Positions 27,451 through 32,000 of a stretch of DNA of 32,000 nt are shown in pieces; position 1 is the first letter of the stretch, and each line of letters starts with the position of its first letter. The notes below the pieces were generated by a model that made no database searches, had not been told where the DNA came from, and saw nothing but the letters and a program-made list of their open reading frames with translations. Source of the DNA: Caedibacter taeniospiralis (GTDB taxonomy: Bacteria > Pseudomonadota > Gammaproteobacteria > Francisellales > Francisellaceae); contig NZ_PGGB02000003.1 in the NCBI RefSeq assembly GCF_002803295.2, positions 94,053-126,052 of the forward strand. Direction: 5' to 3'. The position numbers were made by a program, and so were the translations under genes.

Positions 27451-28788
27451 ATGTCCATCTTAGACAAAAAAGCCTATTTACAAGAAGTACTTGAATTTAC
27501 CTCAGCACAATTACACAAGAAAAACCTTGATGCTTTCGAGATCAGTTGCAGCTATGATCAAGGTCATGCCATCTCCGCTCGCGATCAGCTGACTGAAACA
27601 CTTGAATTTAACGTCACCCAGCAAATGAGTGTGACGGTATATCATCACGGAAAAACAGGCTATGCAGAGACTTCCGATCTAAGTGAAAAAAGCATCTTAG
27701 CTATTATTGACAATGCCAAAACCATTGCAACTTATACCGAAAATGATCCTTTTTGTGGAATTGTTGATAAAAAATTTCTGTGCACACCACAAGAGATGCC
27801 ATCGCTCTATAAACCAATAGCTGACTTTAGCATTAATCACCTTATTGAGCATGCCAAAAATTGCGAGCACATTGCGCTAAAACACAAAGGCATTGATCAT
27901 TCAGAGGGTGTTGATATCGATAGCTTTGAAATCCTGCATGGCTTTGCCAACAGTCATGGCTTTTTGCATGTTTATCCTGAAACACGACACAGTTTAGGTA
28001 TAGGACTCATTGCCAAAGATCAGCATGGCATGCAGCGAGATAGTGCTTATTTTAGTGCTCATGATTTTGCTGCTCTACCCAACATTCATGAAATTGCACA
28101 GCTTGCAATCAAACGCACGTTGGATAGAAGAAATCCGCGACGCATCAAAAGTCAAAAGCTGCCTATTCTGCTTAGCCCCTCTATCTCGCGTTCATTTTGG
28201 GGAGCGCTTATGTCAGCCATTAAAGGACAACGCCAATATCATAAAGACACTTTTCTACTCAATAAAGTGGGTCACCAAATCCTACCCACCAGTATTAGTT
28301 TGATTGAAAACCCTTATATTCCGAATGCACTCGGCAACCAGCTATTTGATGATGAAGGCGTCAATTTTGGCGAAAATCCCATCGTAATTGAAGGTGTTTT
28401 AAAACGCTATTTGTTGAGCAGTTATAGTGCACGCCAATTAAATCTTGAAACGACAGGCAACTCTGGCGGCATTAGTAATTTACTTGTGCAAAGTAAGACG
28501 GGGTTAATTGAGCACGATCAGCTTATTAAACAACTAGATAAAGGGATTCTTGTGCATGAAACGATGGGTCAGGGATTTAACCTGACCACAGGGAATTACT
28601 CACAAGGCGCTATGGGCTACTATGTTGAAAAGGGTGAAATACAATATCCCATTGACAATTTCACCATTGCTGGAAATTTAAACGCCATGTTTCAAAATAT
28701 TATTGCCATAGGAAATGATATAGAGCCATTCTCACGCATTAGAAGCGGCTCAGTTCTGATCAACCAATGCAGTATCAGTGGGGAATAA
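27451..28788 (+). CDS. pmbA: Metalloprotease PmbA (TldE; TldD/PmbA family)
   Basis: 445 aa. It has the typical PmbA N-terminus (...FEISCSYDQGHAISARDQLTETLEFN...VTVY..GKTGYAETSDLS) and C-terminal GNYSQGAMGYYVEKGEIQYPI and TIAGNL motifs. Confidence 0.88.
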   Translation: MSILDKKAYLQEVLEFTSAQLHKKNLDAFEISCSYDQGHAISARDQLTETLEFNVTQQMSVTVYHHGKTGYAETSDLSEKSILAIIDNAKTIATYTENDPFCGIVDKKFLCTPQEMPSLYKPIADFSINHLIEHAKNCEHIALKHKGIDHSEGVDIDSFEILHGFANSHGFLHVYPETRHSLGIGLIAKDQHGMQRDSAYFSAHDFAALPNIHEIAQLAIKRTLDRRNPRRIKSQKLPILLSPSISRSFWGALMSAIKGQRQYHKDTFLLNKVGHQILPTSISLIENPYIPNALGNQLFDDEGVNFGENPIVIEGVLKRYLLSSYSARQLNLETTGNSGGISNLLVQSKTGLIEHDQLIKQLDKGILVHETMGQGFNLTTGNYSQGAMGYYVEKGEIQYPIDNFTIAGNLNAMFQNIIAIGNDIEPFSRIRSGSVLINQCSISGE

Positions 28789-28800
28789 AGGACAGATATT

Positions 28801-29715
28801 ATGATCCAGGCAATCATTATTTTGTTCGCGCTTATCTTAGGCTATTTTATCGATCTGAAGTTTTTATCTAATCGCTTTATGAACAGACTACTATCTACGA
28901 TGATCAGCCTGATTATTGCGGTCATGGGGTATAACTTTGGGGAACTTATTTACAAACTGCAAAATGAGCTCTTCGCCATGCTTGGCATGATTTTAAGCTT
29001 TATTGTACTTTTATTTGTCATCAATATCGCCTGTGTACACTTATATTTAAAACTCATCCCTAAACGCGCCGTTAATCCTCAGCATAAGAATGGCAAAAGC
29101 AGCAACCCATTAAAACCGATTCTGACAAGCTGCAAGTATCTTCTCTATCTTATTGCTGGCACTCTATTGGGGCTTCTTATCAACAAACCGCTTGTGCATA
29201 TTGAACTCATTATTGATGCTGTCTTGGTTGTTAGCTTATTCATTATTGGCATGCAAATGCGCCGTGAAGGGCATGTGCTAACCCAAATTCTTAAAAATAA
29301 AACGGGAATCATGTCGGCACTTATCCTTATTGGCAGCTCCCTATTTGTTGGTGCGCTACTTGGCATTATTTTTGGTATTCCTATAAGCCATTCTTTAATG
29401 CTGACAAGTGGCTTTGGCTGGTATAGTTTGGCAAGTATTTTAAATGCGCAATTAATCAATGCACACTTTGGCACCATGACTTTTTTCATTGATTTTTCTC
29501 GTGAAATTATTGCCATTATTCTTATTCCGCTGCTTGCAAAACGTTTGCCTACCGAACTTGTAAGCTATAGTGGAGCTACAGCCATGGATTTCAGCCTGCC
29601 AGTCATTAAAGATCATATTGGCATACAGGCCGTCCCTGTAGCGATTAGTAGTGGTTTTATTCTAACACTTGCCACCCCTATTCTTATTCCATTGTTTAAC
29701 CTCATTCCATTTTAA
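28801..29715 (+). CDS. lysO: LysO/YbjE-family (DUF340) membrane exporter
   Basis: 304 aa with about 8 TM segments. SGFGWYSLASILNAQ...FFIDFSREIIAIILIPLLAKR resembles the conserved YbjE motifs. Substrate specificity is not inferable from the sequence. Confidence 0.7.
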   Translation: MIQAIIILFALILGYFIDLKFLSNRFMNRLLSTMISLIIAVMGYNFGELIYKLQNELFAMLGMILSFIVLLFVINIACVHLYLKLIPKRAVNPQHKNGKSSNPLKPILTSCKYLLYLIAGTLLGLLINKPLVHIELIIDAVLVVSLFIIGMQMRREGHVLTQILKNKTGIMSALILIGSSLFVGALLGIIFGIPISHSLMLTSGFGWYSLASILNAQLINAHFGTMTFFIDFSREIIAIILIPLLAKRLPTELVSYSGATAMDFSLPVIKDHIGIQAVPVAISSGFILTLATPILIPLFNLIPF

Positions 29716-29718
29716 TTT

Positions 29719-30078
29719 ATGCAAGATTCATCATTAACTCAAAAATCACAGATGCTGGGGCTTGGCAATATCAAACGCCATATTTTTTTGTGCTGTGATC
29801 AAAGCATCGATAAGTGCTGTAATAAAAAAGATTCCATGATTGCCTGGGACTACATTAAAAAACGCTTATCCGAGTTAAAGCTTTCACAAACAGGAGAGAT
29901 TTATCGCACCAAAGCCAATTGCCTGCGCATCTGCATGCAAGGACCTATTGCTGTTGTCTATCCAGAAGGAATCTGGTACCACTCATGCACACCAGAGGCA
30001 CTGGAAGAAATTATTCAATCGCATTTAATTAATGGCAAAGTGGTCACAAAATACCAAATTAGTACACCAACTCCTTAG
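29719..30078 (+). CDS. Thioredoxin-like [2Fe-2S] ferredoxin family protein
   Basis: [14 protein letters not shown] ... [34 protein letters not shown] follows the Cys pattern and the P..vvyPeg.wY signature of the TRX-like ferredoxin family. Confidence 0.75.
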   Translation: MQDSSLTQKSQMLGLGNIKRHIFLCCDQSIDKCCNKKDSMIAWDYIKKRLSELKLSQTGEIYRTKANCLRICMQGPIAVVYPEGIWYHSCTPEALEEIIQSHLINGKVVTKYQISTPTP

Positions 30079-30301
30079 TCATAACGCCCCCTGCATGAAA
30101 TCACCGTAATACCTGAAGGCTTGGACAAATAATTCACCCAAGCGTGTCGGTGTGAGTAATCAGTGTCACACTCACACTGACGACCCACACTTAGTAATGG
30201 GCAGAAATATAGTCACCGCCATTTGCTCTTGGTTGGTAATATTTAGGTACGTATCTGGGCTTCCTCAAAGCCAAATAATACTCTGGAGTGATCAAGTTAA
30301 T

Positions 30302-31093
30302 TTACAAAGATCTAGCCCCATGGAGACTGATTTCATGCAATTTTTCCTCCAGCAACACAATATGCTTTTGCACCTCTGGTGAGCGCTTATCCCTTAGCCG
30401 TGGAATATTGAGTGTGTGCTCATATGCTATTTTCCCTGGGTGACTGTCAAATATCACTACGCGATCTGCCATGATGACTGCCTCTTCAACACTGTGAGTT
30501 ACCAGCGCCATTGACTTAGTGGGTATTTGCCTGTTTAACCACAGATTTAATATGTCTGCGCGCAGGGTGTTGGCTGTTGTGATATCCAAGGATGAAAAGG
30601 GTTCATCTAAAAACAAAATTTCAGGCTCAACCATCAGTGCCCGAGCAAAACCAACGCGCTGTTTCATACCGCCTGAGAGCTCTTTAACATAAGCTTTCTC
30701 AAAGCTTTGTAACCCAATCTTCTGGATGAACTCATGTGCTTTAGGTTCACTGATTTTTCTAGAAATTCCCAAGGCATCACTGCCAAATAAAATATTGTCC
30801 ACAACATTTAGCCACGGTAAAAGTGCAAAATTCTGGAAGACCATACTCATATTCTCTAAGGGTTTAGTGACGACTTTATCTTTGTAAAACACATTGCCAT
30901 AGCTGGGTGCCAATAAACCTGATGCAATCCTTAAAAAGCTTGATTTACCCGCACCTGATTTACCTAAAATCGCCACAATTTCATTTTCATGCAGCTTAAA
31001 GTTAATGCGATCAAGCACCCTGAGTGATTGCTTTTTGTCTCTCTTGAAGTAAAGCTCTATATTTTGGCATTCGATTAGTACGTGCTTATTCAT
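30302..31093 (-). CDS. ABC transporter ATP-binding protein (NitT/TauT: nitrate/sulfonate/taurine/bicarbonate type)
   Basis: Walker A GKSGAGKSS, signature LSGGMKQRV, Walker B ILFLDEPFSSLD and an H-loop THS. Its size and the VFQNFALLPW motif are typical of the SsuB/TauB group. Confidence 0.88.
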   Translation of the reverse strand: MNKHVLIECQNIELYFKRDKKQSLRVLDRINFKLHENEIVAILGKSGAGKSSFLRIASGLLAPSYGNVFYKDKVVTKPLENMSMVFQNFALLPWLNVVDNILFGSDALGISRKISEPKAHEFIQKIGLQSFEKAYVKELSGGMKQRVGFARALMVEPEILFLDEPFSSLDITTANTLRADILNLWLNRQIPTKSMALVTHSVEEAVIMADRVVIFDSHPGKIAYEHTLNIPRLRDKRSPEVQKHIVLLEEKLHEISLHGARSL

Positions 31094-31287
31094 GTTTCAA
31101 TCCTCTTTCAAAGCAATAATTCTATATCTAAAAAAAATCAACAACCCCTCACTTTGCAGACCAAGTGAGTAACTCCAGTTACTATGTTTTGTTTTCAAGC
31201 CTTTTCACCAAAATAATCACCCATTCTGTCATTTGCGTTGGGATGTTGAAGTTGGCAAAAAGGCTATGGTCAACCTCGTTAAATTGG

Positions 31288-32000
31288 TTAAATTTTGTAT
31301 TTTGTTTCCGCAAGCTTATAAAGCGGCTTCCAAATAAAGATCACACAAAGTGCCACAAGCACACACATCGCACTGACTGCCAGAGCGGCTTCTGCGACTT
31401 GATTATTGCTTGTTGTTTGTGATACCAGCTCACCAATGCCACTGATTGAAATCGTTTTGCCACCCCAGGTGATAAGTTCTGCGGCAATTGCTGAATTCCA
31501 AGCACCTCCTGCCGCACTGATAATCCCGCATACGATATAAGGAAACACAGCAGGAATAGCAAACTTGAACCACCAGTTGATGCCTCTTAATTTAAAGGCG
31601 CGTGACATCTCAATTAAATCTGACGGTAAGGATGCAGCCCCAGCAACGACATTGAACAACACATACCAGGATGTACCTGTCATAATCAAAGGAATTGCCC
31701 AAATGCTCAAGCTACCGCCACCTAACATTAATAAAATCGCAACAATAGGGAAGAAAATCGGTTGTGGAATTGCTGCCATAATCTGAATAATTGGTTGCAG
31801 CATTTTAGTGCGTTTTGGTGAAATGCCAATCCAAATTCCAAGTGGCGTACAAATTAAAACACTCAAGCTCATGGCAATTGCCACGCGATATGTTGTTTCC
31901 CACATCAATGGCAATAAATAAACCATATTGCCATTGGGAAAGAAATGCCATAGCGAAACACCTGCCCAAAGCGCTAATGAAACGATACCTGAATACCATA
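31288..32000 (-). CDS. ABC transporter permease (NitT/TauT type), 5' end outside the window
   Basis: The multi-TM sequence carries an EAA-like loop (MSRAFKLRGINWWFKFAIPAVFPY). I checked that the reading frame stays open upstream of the ORF-track ATG (31926) to the window edge (...WYSGIVSLALWAGVSLWHFFPNGN-MVYLL). Confidence 0.85.
   Translation of the reverse strand, partial: WYSGIVSLALWAGVSLWHFFPNGNMVYLLPLMWETTYRVAIAMSLSVLICTPLGIWIGISPKRTKMLQPIIQIMAAIPQPIFFPIVAILLMLGGGSLSIWAIPLIMTGTSWYVLFNVVAGAASLPSDLIEMSRAFKLRGINWWFKFAIPAVFPYIVCGIISAAGGAWNSAIAAELITWGGKTISISGIGELVSQTTSNNQVAEAALAVSAMCVLVALCVIFIWKPLYKLAETKYKI

Noticed and set aside
30152-30382. 76-aa plus-strand ORF between the ferredoxin-like gene and the ABC ATPase
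   Set aside because: It overlaps the 3' end of the well-supported ATPase gene on the opposite strand, starts at a non-ATG codon, and has no motifs.
31165-31422. 85-aa plus-strand ORF in the gap between the ABC permease and ATPase genes
   Set aside because: It is Cys/His/Lys-rich with no family, and it overlaps the permease 3' end antisense. The 194-nt gap is more likely an untranslated spacer that contains a small hairpin (CTCACTT...AAGTGAG).

Overview
This is an AT-rich gammaproteobacterial chromosome segment. The gene content, hairpin repeat families and an effector-like repeat protein suggest a Legionellales-type bacterium, but that taxonomic guess is inference only.

Layout, in window order:
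- 503-5333, minus strand: cyoABCDE cytochrome o ubiquinol oxidase operon.
- 5706-9536, minus strand: a reduced arn-like aminoarabinose cluster (SMR flippase-like gene, arnB, arnC, stand-alone ArnA-C-terminal-type decarboxylase). It has no arnT, arnD or formyltransferase in the window, and a ~225 bp palindromic repeat element sits inside it.
- About 9540-15600: an accessory islet. It holds a split effector-like gene with 36-aa tandem repeats, followed by a decayed Wadjet/JetABCD (MksBEFG-like) anti-plasmid locus. In that locus jetA carries three frameshifts, jetB is intact, and jetC is reduced to about 50 codons and fused by deletion to the 3' half of jetD.
- 15878-25467: housekeeping genes rpiA, purH, an S41 Ctp protease, tcdA, pssA, ispH, fkpB, a secreted protein, dprA and smg.
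- 25694-26633: tRNA-Asn(GTT) with a clear sigma70 promoter, then an internally deleted IS66-family element with 19-bp terminal inverted repeats.
- 26651-32000: a His-box membrane hydroxylase, pmbA, a lysO-like gene, a thioredoxin-like [2Fe-2S] ferredoxin, and a NitT/TauT-type ABC transporter whose permease runs off the window.

At least three families of structured intergenic repeats recur. I saw no CRISPR array, rRNA or prophage.

Several ORF-track starts are TTG/GTG codons. I moved starts where an ATG with a ribosome-binding site fits the homology better.
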